NCBI GenBank assembly: GCA_012964275.1
Contig: DTUG01000136.1
Span: 1 to 42,048, forward strand
Length of the DNA: 42,048 nt
Source of the DNA: Fidelibacterota bacterium
GTDB lineage: Bacteria > Fidelibacterota > Marinisomatia > Marinisomatales > UBA1611
Direction of reading: 5' to 3'
Shown here: in pieces, positions 34,851 to 42,048 of the stretch
Position numbering within the stretch: position 1 is the stretch's first letter
Layout: every line of letters starts with the position of its first letter
The notes under the pieces: generated by a model
What the model saw: the letters and a program-made list of their open reading frames with translations, nothing else
Databases searched by the model: none
Told to the model about the DNA's origin: nothing
Translations under genes and position numbers: made by a program

Positions 34851-35009
34851 ATGTACTATATGTCTAAAGGGTTAGAACTCCTGGGAATGATCGTGATTGT
34901 AACCGGTTTTATTGTGAAATTTCCTGGTTTAATGGACCCAAAACTGCTCATAGTAGGCTTAGCATGCTTTGGTGCAGGATGGATCATAGAAAAATACACC
35001 CTTCAATAA
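34851..35009 (+). CDS. Unannotated 52-aa two-TM micro-protein
   Basis: Manual translation: MYYMSKGLELLGMIVIVTGFIVKFPGLMDPKLLIVGLACFGAGWIIEKYTLQ*. Starts 2 nt after the preceding stop. Confidence 0.4.
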   Translation: MYYMSKGLELLGMIVIVTGFIVKFPGLMDPKLLIVGLACFGAGWIIEKYTLQ

Positions 35010-35071
35010 ATTTCTTTCTATCATTTTAAACATTATATCTTAACTTCGCCGTCTAATTTCTTCCGTTATCC

Positions 35072-35395
35072 ATGGCAATATATAATCATTTAAAAGGCAT
35101 ACCTGAACTGCCGGATTTACCACATATAAAAAAGAAACGCCCCAAGGAAATGGCAGTGGTTGATGAAGACAACTGCACCGGCTGCCTAGCGTGTGTACCC
35201 TTCTGTCCAGTAGATTGTATAGAATCCGTTCCAAAGGAAAAATACGACATCCCAATACCACCTGTGCAAGTTCGCTTTAATGAATGTATCGGCTGTAAGG
35301 TATGTGCCCGGGTCTGCACAAAAATGACCTGGGATGCAATTCGAATGATTAATATAGATACCTTTGAAGAACTATATAATATTACGATTGACTAA
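35072..35395 (+). CDS. 2x[4Fe-4S] dicluster ferredoxin
   Basis: CTGCLACVPFCP and CIGCKVCARVC (C-x2-C-x2-C-x3-C twice). 107 aa, no signal peptide. Confidence 0.85.
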   Translation: MAIYNHLKGIPELPDLPHIKKKRPKEMAVVDEDNCTGCLACVPFCPVDCIESVPKEKYDIPIPPVQVRFNECIGCKVCARVCTKMTWDAIRMINIDTFEELYNITID

Positions 35396-35415
35396 ATAAA
35401 TACCGGAGAAAAATA

Positions 35416-37128
35416 CTGAGCTCTGATTCACACCACCAGGAAGGTTTCATACGAAAGTATATTTTTTCAATTGACCATAAGATAATTGCTATTCAGTATG
35501 GTGTCACTTCCCTGCTGTTTCTTTTTTTTGGTTTCTCCCTGATGATGGTCATGCGCTGGCAGTTGGCCTACCCGGAGACCGTAATTCCATTTCTTGGATA
35601 TCTGTTTGGCGAAGCAGGTATTATGCTTCCGGAGCAGTATAATTCCCTAGGAGCTATGCATGGCACTATTATGATTTTTCTTGGGGTAGTTCCGCTTGCA
35701 GTTGGCGCCTTTGGGAATTATGTGGTTCCACTCCAGATCGGAGCACCAGATATGGCTTTCCCCAAACTGAATGCCGCCAGCTACTGGAGTTATTTTGTTG
35801 GCGGAGTCATCATGGTGGCCAGTTTTTTCATGCCCGAAGGCGCTGCCCGATCCGGGTGGACATCTTACCCACCTTTATCTATTTTTGAATCTGGACAAAC
35901 TATGTGGCTCATTGGCATGGTGTTTTTGATTACATCTTCCTTGCTAGGTTCAATGAATTTCATTACAACAATCATACAACTTCGCGCACCGGGGCTTACC
36001 TGGATGAGACTACCTATTTTCGTATGGGCTCAATTTGTATCATCTTTTTTATTGGTATTGGCATTCCCCCCGCTCGAAGCAGCAGCAATATTGCAATTAA
36101 TGGACCGTATCGCAAGTACAAGTTTCTTTATGCCCAGCGGTTTGGTCTACGCTGGAGCGCCCGTTGATGTATCGGGATATGGCTCACCATTGCTCTGGCA
36201 ACATCTCTTCTGGTTCCTGGCTCATCCCGAAGTATATGTTTTGATTTTACCTGCCATGGGTATTGTGGGCGAAATATTAGCCAATAACACGCGAAAGCCA
36301 ATCTGGGGATATAAATCTATTGTTTTTGCCCTAGTTATCCTTGGATTTCTCTCTTTTATTGTTTGGGCACACCATATGTTCTTGACTGGCATGGGTCAGG
36401 TTATGAGCAGTTTTTTCCAGACCACTACAATGATCATTTCTATTCCATCCGTCATTATTTTGACAGCTTATTTCATGTCCCTGTGGGGCGGCTCAATACG
36501 GTTTAATACCCCCATGCTGTTTGCACTGGCATTTCTGCCAATGTTTGGAATTGGCGGCCTTACCGGCCTGCCGCTAGGATTAGCAGCCGCAGATATCTAT
36601 CTTCATGACACCTATTATGTGATTGGCCATTTTCATTATGTTGTTGCACCAGGTACCCTTTTTGCGTTATTTGCAGGCATCTACTATTGGTTTCCCAAGA
36701 TCACCGGTAGAAAAATGAATGAGGCATTAGGCAAGCTTCATTTCTGGCCATCATTAATTTTCATGAACGGTGTTTTTATGCCCATGTTTATTCAAGGACT
36801 GGCGGGAGTGTCAAGAAGGTTATATGATGGCGGAGAGATGTATGCCCACGCTTCAGATGTACTGCAATGGAATGAATTTATGTCAATTTCTGCATTTTGC
36901 CTTGGTGCAGCCCAGATTCCATTTATTATTAATTTCTTCATGTCCATATTCGTTGGTGAAAAAGCGGATAGAAATCCATGGAAGTCCACCACGGTTGAAT
37001 GGGCAGCTCCATCTCCGCCTATAGGACACGGAAATTTTGACACTAAAATAATCGTTCACCGTGAAGCCTATGAATACGGTGTGCCAGACGCGAAAAATGA
37101 TTTCACTCCCCAAACGGAAGAAACCTGA
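35416..37128 (+). CDS. ctaD: Cytochrome c oxidase subunit I (A-type heme-copper oxidase); non-canonical start
   Basis: Motifs: GAPDMAFPKLN, WFLAHPEVYVLILP, WAHHMF, HDTYYVIGHFHYV. The conserved helix-I region (RKYIFSIDHKIIAIQYG...) is in frame upstream of the first ATG (35542), and no ATG/GTG/TTG follows the in-frame stop at 35389. Start placed at CTG 35416, with GGAG 7 nt upstream; ATA 35413 is an alternative. Confidence 0.85.
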   Translation: MSSDSHHQEGFIRKYIFSIDHKIIAIQYGVTSLLFLFFGFSLMMVMRWQLAYPETVIPFLGYLFGEAGIMLPEQYNSLGAMHGTIMIFLGVVPLAVGAFGNYVVPLQIGAPDMAFPKLNAASYWSYFVGGVIMVASFFMPEGAARSGWTSYPPLSIFESGQTMWLIGMVFLITSSLLGSMNFITTIIQLRAPGLTWMRLPIFVWAQFVSSFLLVLAFPPLEAAAILQLMDRIASTSFFMPSGLVYAGAPVDVSGYGSPLLWQHLFWFLAHPEVYVLILPAMGIVGEILANNTRKPIWGYKSIVFALVILGFLSFIVWAHHMFLTGMGQVMSSFFQTTTMIISIPSVIILTAYFMSLWGGSIRFNTPMLFALAFLPMFGIGGLTGLPLGLAAADIYLHDTYYVIGHFHYVVAPGTLFALFAGIYYWFPKITGRKMNEALGKLHFWPSLIFMNGVFMPMFIQGLAGVSRRLYDGGEMYAHASDVLQWNEFMSISAFCLGAAQIPFIINFFMSIFVGEKADRNPWKSTTVEWAAPSPPIGHGNFDTKIIVHREAYEYGVPDAKNDFTPQTEET

Positions 37129-37139
37129 GGAAAGATATT

Positions 37140-37739
37140 TTGGAAATCCCTTATATAGTTGACGAGCGTGAAGATACTGGTTTAATCAATTCCAAACTAG
37201 GGATCTGGATTTTTCTGGCATCGGAAGTGATGCTTTTTGGCGGGCTATTTTCCGCCTATGTTTTCCTGAGAATGGCTGCCCCTCCGGGAGATTTTGCCCA
37301 CTGGGGCGCCGAGCTGAATGTACCCCTGGCCACCCTTAATACCCTGGTGTTGATTACATCTAGTGTCACCATGGTTATGTCATGGGCATCCCTAAAACTC
37401 AAGGATTTTGAAAAATATAAAATATATATGGCGCTAACATTATTATGCGCAGCTATTTTCCTTGTGGTAAAATACTTTGAGTATACCGCCAAGTTTCACC
37501 ATGATATTTTTCCATCGTCCAGTACCTTCATGGCAATCTATTTCACGCTTACGGGGCTTCATGGTCTGCATATTATTGGTGGTATGATTGTGATAACATA
37601 TTTATGGATGCCCTTTGGAAATAAAATATGGCATACCAATCCTGAACATTTTACGAACCGCGTTGAGGTAATAGGATTATACTGGCACTTTGTGGATCTC
37701 GTTTGGATCTTCCTGTTCCCTGTACTCTACCTGATTTAG
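37140..37739 (+). CDS. ctaE: Cytochrome c oxidase subunit III
   Basis: 199 aa, 5 TM: GIWIFLASEVMLFGGLFSAY, YFTLTGLHGLHIIGG, GLYWHFVDLVWIFLFPVLYL. TTG start after GAGGAAAG. Confidence 0.85.
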   Translation: MEIPYIVDEREDTGLINSKLGIWIFLASEVMLFGGLFSAYVFLRMAAPPGDFAHWGAELNVPLATLNTLVLITSSVTMVMSWASLKLKDFEKYKIYMALTLLCAAIFLVVKYFEYTAKFHHDIFPSSSTFMAIYFTLTGLHGLHIIGGMIVITYLWMPFGNKIWHTNPEHFTNRVEVIGLYWHFVDLVWIFLFPVLYLI

Positions 37740-37748
37740 GATAAAATA

Positions 37749-38051
37749 ATGAGTGACCACGATACAGTATCAATCCAAGAACATATTCGAGTCTATTTGA
37801 CGGTATTTGGTGCACTAGCTGTTTTAACTGTTACTACAGTATTAGCTTCGTATCTGGACATCAGTACATCAGAAGCAATATTCCTAGCGTTAGTTATTGC
37901 ATCGGTGAAAGGATCCCTCGTTGCAGGCTACTTCATGCACCTGATCTCGGAAAAAGCTACAATCACATGGATACTGATGATGACAGCGTTATTTTTTTTC
38001 GTACTGATGTTTCTGCCATTAATGTCTATAACAGATCAAGTCAATATCTAA
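37749..38051 (+). CDS. Prokaryotic cytochrome c oxidase subunit IV family protein
   Basis: 100 aa, 3 TM. HIRVYLTVFGALAVLTVTTV ... VIASVKGSLVAGYFMHL matches the COX4_pro pattern. Confidence 0.7.
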   Translation: MSDHDTVSIQEHIRVYLTVFGALAVLTVTTVLASYLDISTSEAIFLALVIASVKGSLVAGYFMHLISEKATITWILMMTALFFFVLMFLPLMSITDQVNI

Positions 38052-38249
38052 ATGATATCACTTAAAACATTTCATTTTTTTTTCATTGCTGTTTCTACCA
38101 TATTGACCTGCTGGTACGGAGTATTTGAAATGACTACTCCTACGAATCCAGGTTTTATTTCATTACTGCTTGCCGGGTGTTCTTTTGCAGCAACAGCAGG
38201 TTTATGCATTTATGGTCTATCAATTCTTAAAAAATTCAAGAATCTATAA
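38052..38249 (+). CDS. Hypothetical 65-aa two-TM protein within the oxidase operon
   Basis: The ATG directly abuts the preceding TAA. Two hydrophobic helices. Confidence 0.5.
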   Translation: MISLKTFHFFFIAVSTILTCWYGVFEMTTPTNPGFISLLLAGCSFAATAGLCIYGLSILKKFKNL

Positions 38250-38254
38250 TAACT

Positions 38255-38488
38255 ATGAATAAAATCATTTCAATCTTCACTTTTACGTTAATTATGTTTT
38301 TTATTGCGGAACCAATACAGGCTTGTGCAACCTGCTATGGTGCTACCGACGCAGCAGCAACTGAGGGGCTGAATTGGGCTATTATTTCATTGCTGGGAAC
38401 AACCGGTGGTGTCTTAACCGGAATTATTATAGCCATCATTTCCATAGTGAAAAAGGCCGAAAAACACGGTAAAATAATTGAAAAATAA
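38255..38488 (+). CDS. Hypothetical 77-aa protein: signal peptide, short CxxC-containing periplasmic segment, TM anchor
   Basis: MNKIISIFTFTLIMFFIAEPIQA / CATCYGATDAAATEGLNW / AIISLLGTTGGVLTGIIIAIISIV / KKAEKHGKIIEK. Confidence 0.5.
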   Translation: MNKIISIFTFTLIMFFIAEPIQACATCYGATDAAATEGLNWAIISLLGTTGGVLTGIIIAIISIVKKAEKHGKIIEK

Positions 38489-38500
38489 AAAAGGATAATT

Positions 38501-39343
38501 TTGCTAGGACTACTTCAACACTTTGGTTTACCTGTTAATGCATCAATTCAGGGGGAACATATTGATAATGCCAATGTACTGATGCACTGGCTGATGCTGA
38601 TATTATTTATTGGTTGGGGTGCATTCTTTATTATAAGTCTGGTCAGATTTCGAGCGTCAAAAAACAAGACTTCAGATTATACCGGTGTGAAATCTCATAT
38701 ATCTTCACTGCTTGAAGCTGCGGTTGCCATCATTGAGATCATTGCTTTATTCGGTTTTTCATATCCGGTTTGGGCTTACAGGGTGAATGAAGTTCCTGAC
38801 ACCAGGGACGCTGAAAATATCAGGGTAGTAGCCCAGCAATTTGCCTGGAATATTCATTATCCCGGCAAAGATGGCTTATTTGGAACCACACGATCTGATC
38901 TAGTAGATGAACAGGAAAACCCGATTGGTCTTGATCGTGGCAGTCCAAACGCTTCCGATGATTTTTTCACTATCAATCAACTCCATATTCCAGCGCACAA
39001 AAAGATACGAATTGATTTAACCACTAAAGATGTAATTCATAATTTTAAATTACCTGAGTTACGTGTTTCGCAGGATGCTATCCCCGGCATGGTGATCCCG
39101 GTACATTTCGAGGCTACTATGACATCAGAAGAATTTTTAGAAACCGTCAAAGGCACCCCTAGAGAAGGCAAGGGTTTAGAAATTTCATGTGCCCAGCTTT
39201 GTGGTTTAGGCCACTACCGTATGAAGGGTTTTTTAACAATACATGATCAAGATGGATATCGTGTCTGGCTGGATGAAGAAGCAGAATATCTGCTTGAATC
39301 CGGTGATGATGAAGATGATTGGGGCGACGACGAAGATTGGTAA
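38501..39343 (+). CDS. ctaC: Cytochrome c oxidase subunit II (CuA domain, no fused cytochrome c) with acidic C-terminal tail
   Basis: Two N-terminal TM segments. CuA ligands DVIHNFKLPEL and CAQLCGLGHYRM. Ends ESGDDEDDWGDDEDW. TTG start after AAGGA. Confidence 0.85.
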   Translation: MLGLLQHFGLPVNASIQGEHIDNANVLMHWLMLILFIGWGAFFIISLVRFRASKNKTSDYTGVKSHISSLLEAAVAIIEIIALFGFSYPVWAYRVNEVPDTRDAENIRVVAQQFAWNIHYPGKDGLFGTTRSDLVDEQENPIGLDRGSPNASDDFFTINQLHIPAHKKIRIDLTTKDVIHNFKLPELRVSQDAIPGMVIPVHFEATMTSEEFLETVKGTPREGKGLEISCAQLCGLGHYRMKGFLTIHDQDGYRVWLDEEAEYLLESGDDEDDWGDDEDW

Positions 39344-39391
39344 GTTCTAGGCTAGTAGCTAAAGATTAATAAATCATAAACTTTAAATAAT

Positions 39392-39416
39392 GCCGCTGAA
39401 AAGCGGCTCTTTATTT
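39392..39416 (+). terminator. Rho-independent terminator after coxII
   Basis: Stem GCCGCT, loop gaaa, stem AGCGGC, followed by tctttattt. Confidence 0.7.
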
Positions 39417-39419
39417 CTG

Positions 39420-39503
39420 TGCCGCGGAAAGGACTCGAACCTTCACGCCCGTTAGAGCACCAGATCCTAAATCTGGCGTGTCTGCCAATTCCACCACCGC
39501 GGC
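39420..39503 (-). tRNA. tRNA-Leu (anticodon TAG), no encoded CCA
   Basis: The reverse complement is GCCGCGGTGGTGGAATTGGCAGACACGCCAGATTTAGGATCTGGTGCTCTAACGGGCGTGAAGGTTCGAGTCCTTTCCGCGGCA. It has a 7-bp acceptor stem and an anticodon stem CCAGA/TCTGG with loop TT-TAG-GA. A long variable arm and a GTTCGAGTC T-loop are also present. Confidence 0.9.
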
Positions 39504-39542
39504 AAAATGAATAGAAAAATTACAAAGACGGCAAAATAAAAA

Positions 39543-39566
39543 GGGCAGTAAAACCTGCCCTTTTTT
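39543..39566. terminator. Bidirectional rho-independent terminator (serves the T9SS-cargo gene on the minus strand)
   Basis: Stem GGGCAG, loop taaaac, stem CTGCCC, flanked by an A-run upstream and T6 downstream. Lies 26 nt beyond the stop at 39592. Confidence 0.75.
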
Positions 39567-39591
39567 ATTCTGAAATATTCGTATAAAAAGA

Positions 39592-42048
39592 TTATTTCAT
39601 CAGTATCATTTTTCGGGTAAAGGTTTTGTCACCTCCATGAAGCCGGTATAGATAAACGCCAGCACTCACAGGATTTCCAAAATCATCCGTAGCATACCAA
39701 ACAGCGGTTTTGCGACCCGCCAACTCAACATCATTGATCAATGTTTTCACCTTACGACCCATTAAATCATAAATAACCAGCTGAATATCACTCTCGGCGG
39801 GCAGATCATAGGTGATGAGTGTTGCCGGGTTGAATGGATTCGGATAATTGGGATGAAGTGCAAATTTACCAGGAAGAACCACATCTGCACTACTGGATAG
39901 ACTTACAGTAAATTGCCCAAAACCTTCAGCAACGGATGTAACTGGATTTGCGCCATCGTCACCGGTCGCTACTGACTCGAACAGGAGCATCACACTTGGG
40001 TTTTGAATATTTTGATTCATCTCAACATCAACGCGAAGGATGGGTCCTTCACCCGGCATGATACCTGTTGCAAAATCATAGCCAAGAAAATAGAACATTT
40101 GATCGTCATCTTCTCCGGAACTACCATCAATGGTTCCATTCTCGAACCTGTCCAAAGGAGTAATTCCTGTTACTGTTAAATACTCTGGTACATCAGCAAT
40201 ACGCAGTTCTAGAATAAATGCATATGCGGTATTGGTCATATGGATATCGAACGAACCTGTGCCACCTGGTGTCAGACCTCCGGTCACATTATGAATACTA
40301 TACGCCACCGGCGGTTGCCCGATATAAACATCAGCTGGAGATCCAACCGTATGCATGGGCAGGTTATTGATATCTGCAATCACTGTTTCACCAAATCCCA
40401 GTGTAATCATTTCGCCTTCAGGAGAGCCATCCAGCATATCCAAATTAATATTTGCTAGATGTCGCAAGCCTGGAGGAATCGGTTGGGATAGTGTATTGTC
40501 ATAAAGAAGGATTCGATATGCGGCACCGATTTGATCACCACTAATTGACCAGGTGCTGAAATCGATCAAATCACTGACTTCCAACCCAGCTCCCATCATA
40601 AAAGGCGGATCGGCAATAATATCGATCTGGATACCAAACACAGGTTGAGTATTCTGTAAAAGCAGAGAAGATGTCATCTGCGCTCCGGGTATGCCATACC
40701 CGCCAGTCAGGGTTAGATACTGGGTTTCAATAGTGACTTCATAGACGGCACTTTCAGCGGTCCAATTCATTTCAACATAGTTAATATCCTGGACGCTGGC
40801 ATCAGCATAGGTCAAAGTAACCGTAGTGTCCGCATCAGAGATTGGATATACCACTGCCCGGCAAACGACACCATCTCCCGGTTCCAAAGGTTCACCGAGA
40901 CTGATACCTGTGATTGCCATGTTCCCGTTGGCCACATCTACAATCTCCAGGGCCCAACTTTGGGTCCTCTCGGTTGTCAGTACAAACACGCTATGCAGGA
41001 TATCCGGCCAATCCTCGATCTCAAAATAAAACAGCCCTACTTGTGATTCATTATTCAAATAAAAATTCAATGTATCCATTTGTCCGGACAGGGAAGCACC
41101 ATCATCCATCCAGAGTTCTACCCACTCTACAGGGGTCGCTTCAACCGTGTTGGTGGGGCCAGATTCAACACCGGAAGGGTAAACCGCTGTTACATAATAG
41201 TAGTAGGTGGTACTGTTAACAACATTTTCGTCCAAATAAGATGTCTGATCACCGTCAACAGATTCCAGGAACTCGAAGTTTTGATCATCGCCAACTGATC
41301 GGTAAATATTATACTCATCAATATCAACCGGCCTGTTTTCAGGCGGTAGCGGATTATCTAAATCAATTCTCCAGTCAAATGGGACACCGCTGGGATAGGT
41401 CCCAACCACTTCTTCCTTATCAGCAGTAACAAACCATTGTCCCAATTCTGTCAATTCAAAATGCAGGTTCCTTGATACCTGTGCACTTGAGAATGTGATC
41501 AGAATATCATCAACGGCCCAACCGGAAGCCCAGGCTCCATTATCATTCCCATGGAAAGCAATAGTGACATTCTGCTGGTCACCATATTCGGAAAGATCCA
41601 CCGCAGTCATGACCCATTCAGTGGCAGCAGAAACTGTATGAACTACTTCAAAATTAACGCCATCTGTACTCGCTTCTACCGTGGCGATCTCACCATAAGC
41701 ACCATCGTAATATGACGCAAAGTTCAGGATTACATTCGTGGCACCGGACATATTAAACGATGGCGTTAGTAGATAATCATTACCATCATTATCAGGCGTA
41801 TTCTCACCATTAAACCCGTCATCATTAGTTACCGCGTAATACGTATGGCTGGGAATGGTCCAAAAAGCGCTCGAACCATTTTCCGTCACGTTCCAGCCAT
41901 TACCATTGGTAAGCACAGTCCAGTCTGCTGGAATTTCTCCACCTTCAAAATCTTCCGTAAATTCAGGCGGAATCGGTCCGTATGGCGGATCCCAGGTTAA
42001 TAGAACCTGTGCATCCATTCCTGACTGCGCTGCCAGATTATGTGGCTC
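39592..42048 (-). CDS. Large secreted multidomain protein with C-terminal T9SS (Por) sorting domain; N-terminus runs off the window end
   Basis: The frame stays open upstream of the M at 42018 to the window edge (…EPHNLAAQSGMDAQVLLTWDPP, FN3-like). It has a MAM/choice-of-anchor-like domain (FEGGEIPADWTV...WAVDDILI) and an FN3-like segment (YNIYRS...YYYYVTAVY). Three cohesin-like modules follow. The C-terminus is LHPNYPNPFNPATLITYDL...GVYLYRL...KMILMK. Confidence 0.75.
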   Translation of the reverse strand, partial: EPHNLAAQSGMDAQVLLTWDPPYGPIPPEFTEDFEGGEIPADWTVLTNGNGWNVTENGSSAFWTIPSHTYYAVTNDDGFNGENTPDNDGNDYLLTPSFNMSGATNVILNFASYYDGAYGEIATVEASTDGVNFEVVHTVSAATEWVMTAVDLSEYGDQQNVTIAFHGNDNGAWASGWAVDDILITFSSAQVSRNLHFELTELGQWFVTADKEEVVGTYPSGVPFDWRIDLDNPLPPENRPVDIDEYNIYRSVGDDQNFEFLESVDGDQTSYLDENVVNSTTYYYYVTAVYPSGVESGPTNTVEATPVEWVELWMDDGASLSGQMDTLNFYLNNESQVGLFYFEIEDWPDILHSVFVLTTERTQSWALEIVDVANGNMAITGISLGEPLEPGDGVVCRAVVYPISDADTTVTLTYADASVQDINYVEMNWTAESAVYEVTIETQYLTLTGGYGIPGAQMTSSLLLQNTQPVFGIQIDIIADPPFMMGAGLEVSDLIDFSTWSISGDQIGAAYRILLYDNTLSQPIPPGLRHLANINLDMLDGSPEGEMITLGFGETVIADINNLPMHTVGSPADVYIGQPPVAYSIHNVTGGLTPGGTGSFDIHMTNTAYAFILELRIADVPEYLTVTGITPLDRFENGTIDGSSGEDDDQMFYFLGYDFATGIMPGEGPILRVDVEMNQNIQNPSVMLLFESVATGDDGANPVTSVAEGFGQFTVSLSSSADVVLPGKFALHPNYPNPFNPATLITYDLPAESDIQLVIYDLMGRKVKTLINDVELAGRKTAVWYATDDFGNPVSAGVYLYRLHGGDKTFTRKMILMK

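Noticed and set aside
35542-37128. ATG 35542 as the coxI start (as in the ORF track)
   Set aside because: It would remove the conserved N-terminal segment and part of TM helix I, which is encoded in frame upstream. See the non-canonical-start finding.
39420-39503. tRNA-Leu as a possible genomic-island integration site
   Set aside because: There is no integrase, no direct repeat of the tRNA 3' end, and no mobility gene anywhere in the window. The tRNA is simply bracketed by two terminators.
1-42048. CRISPR arrays, rRNA genes, transposases/IS elements, prophage or defence-system genes
   Set aside because: I looked for regularly spaced direct repeats, integrase, transposase or nuclease signatures and terminal inverted repeats. 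None were found beyond the single inverted-repeat element at 32508-32613.

Overview
This is a low-GC bacterial chromosomal fragment with no transposase, integrase, phage gene, CRISPR array or rRNA. A C-terminal T9SS sorting domain ('NYPNPFNP...') on the last gene, together with Shine-Dalgarno-like motifs, suggests an uncultured FCB-superphylum lineage (Marinimicrobia, Ignavibacteria or similar); this placement is low confidence.

Four blocks:
(i) 1-10.1 kb: a tightly overlapping amino-sugar/murein-salvage-like operon. It holds a GH3 NagZ-like enzyme, an esterase, a GT2, a BadF-type sugar kinase, a SpoIID/LytB protein, a Na+/solute symporter, an HGSNAT/NagX-like membrane protein and an MBL hydrolase.
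(ii) 10.1-21.1 kb: housekeeping and transport genes (SDR, pterin dehydratase, MATE, DASS), a GAF/HD-GYP c-di-GMP phosphodiesterase, and a divergently transcribed ~1527-aa fusion of an acyl-AMP ligase, a long unknown kinase-like middle region and a GNAT.
(iii) 21.2-39.3 kb: a dense aerobic respiratory island, the most interesting part of the window. It contains:
- ctaA-sco-ctaB-DUF420.
- A divergent ten-gene operon encoding a b6-type split Rieske/cytochrome b complex. Its c-type subunit is an octaheme, membrane-anchored, coiled-coil cytochrome. Uncharacterised accessory genes precede the core: a triple-repeat protein, three unannotated single-TM micro-proteins and a membrane-anchored HEAT protein.
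- A CusF-SCO fusion, a type-1 copper protein and a 2x[4Fe-4S] ferredoxin fused into the oxidase operon.
- An A-type oxidase in the unusual order coxI-III-IV-x-x-II.
The octaheme cytochrome and CoxII share an acidic C-terminal tail ending in ...EDW.
(iv) 39.4-42.0 kb: a tRNA-Leu(TAG) and a large T9SS-secreted multidomain protein.

Two genes (coxI and the SDR) have conserved N-termini lying upstream of any ATG/GTG/TTG codon.
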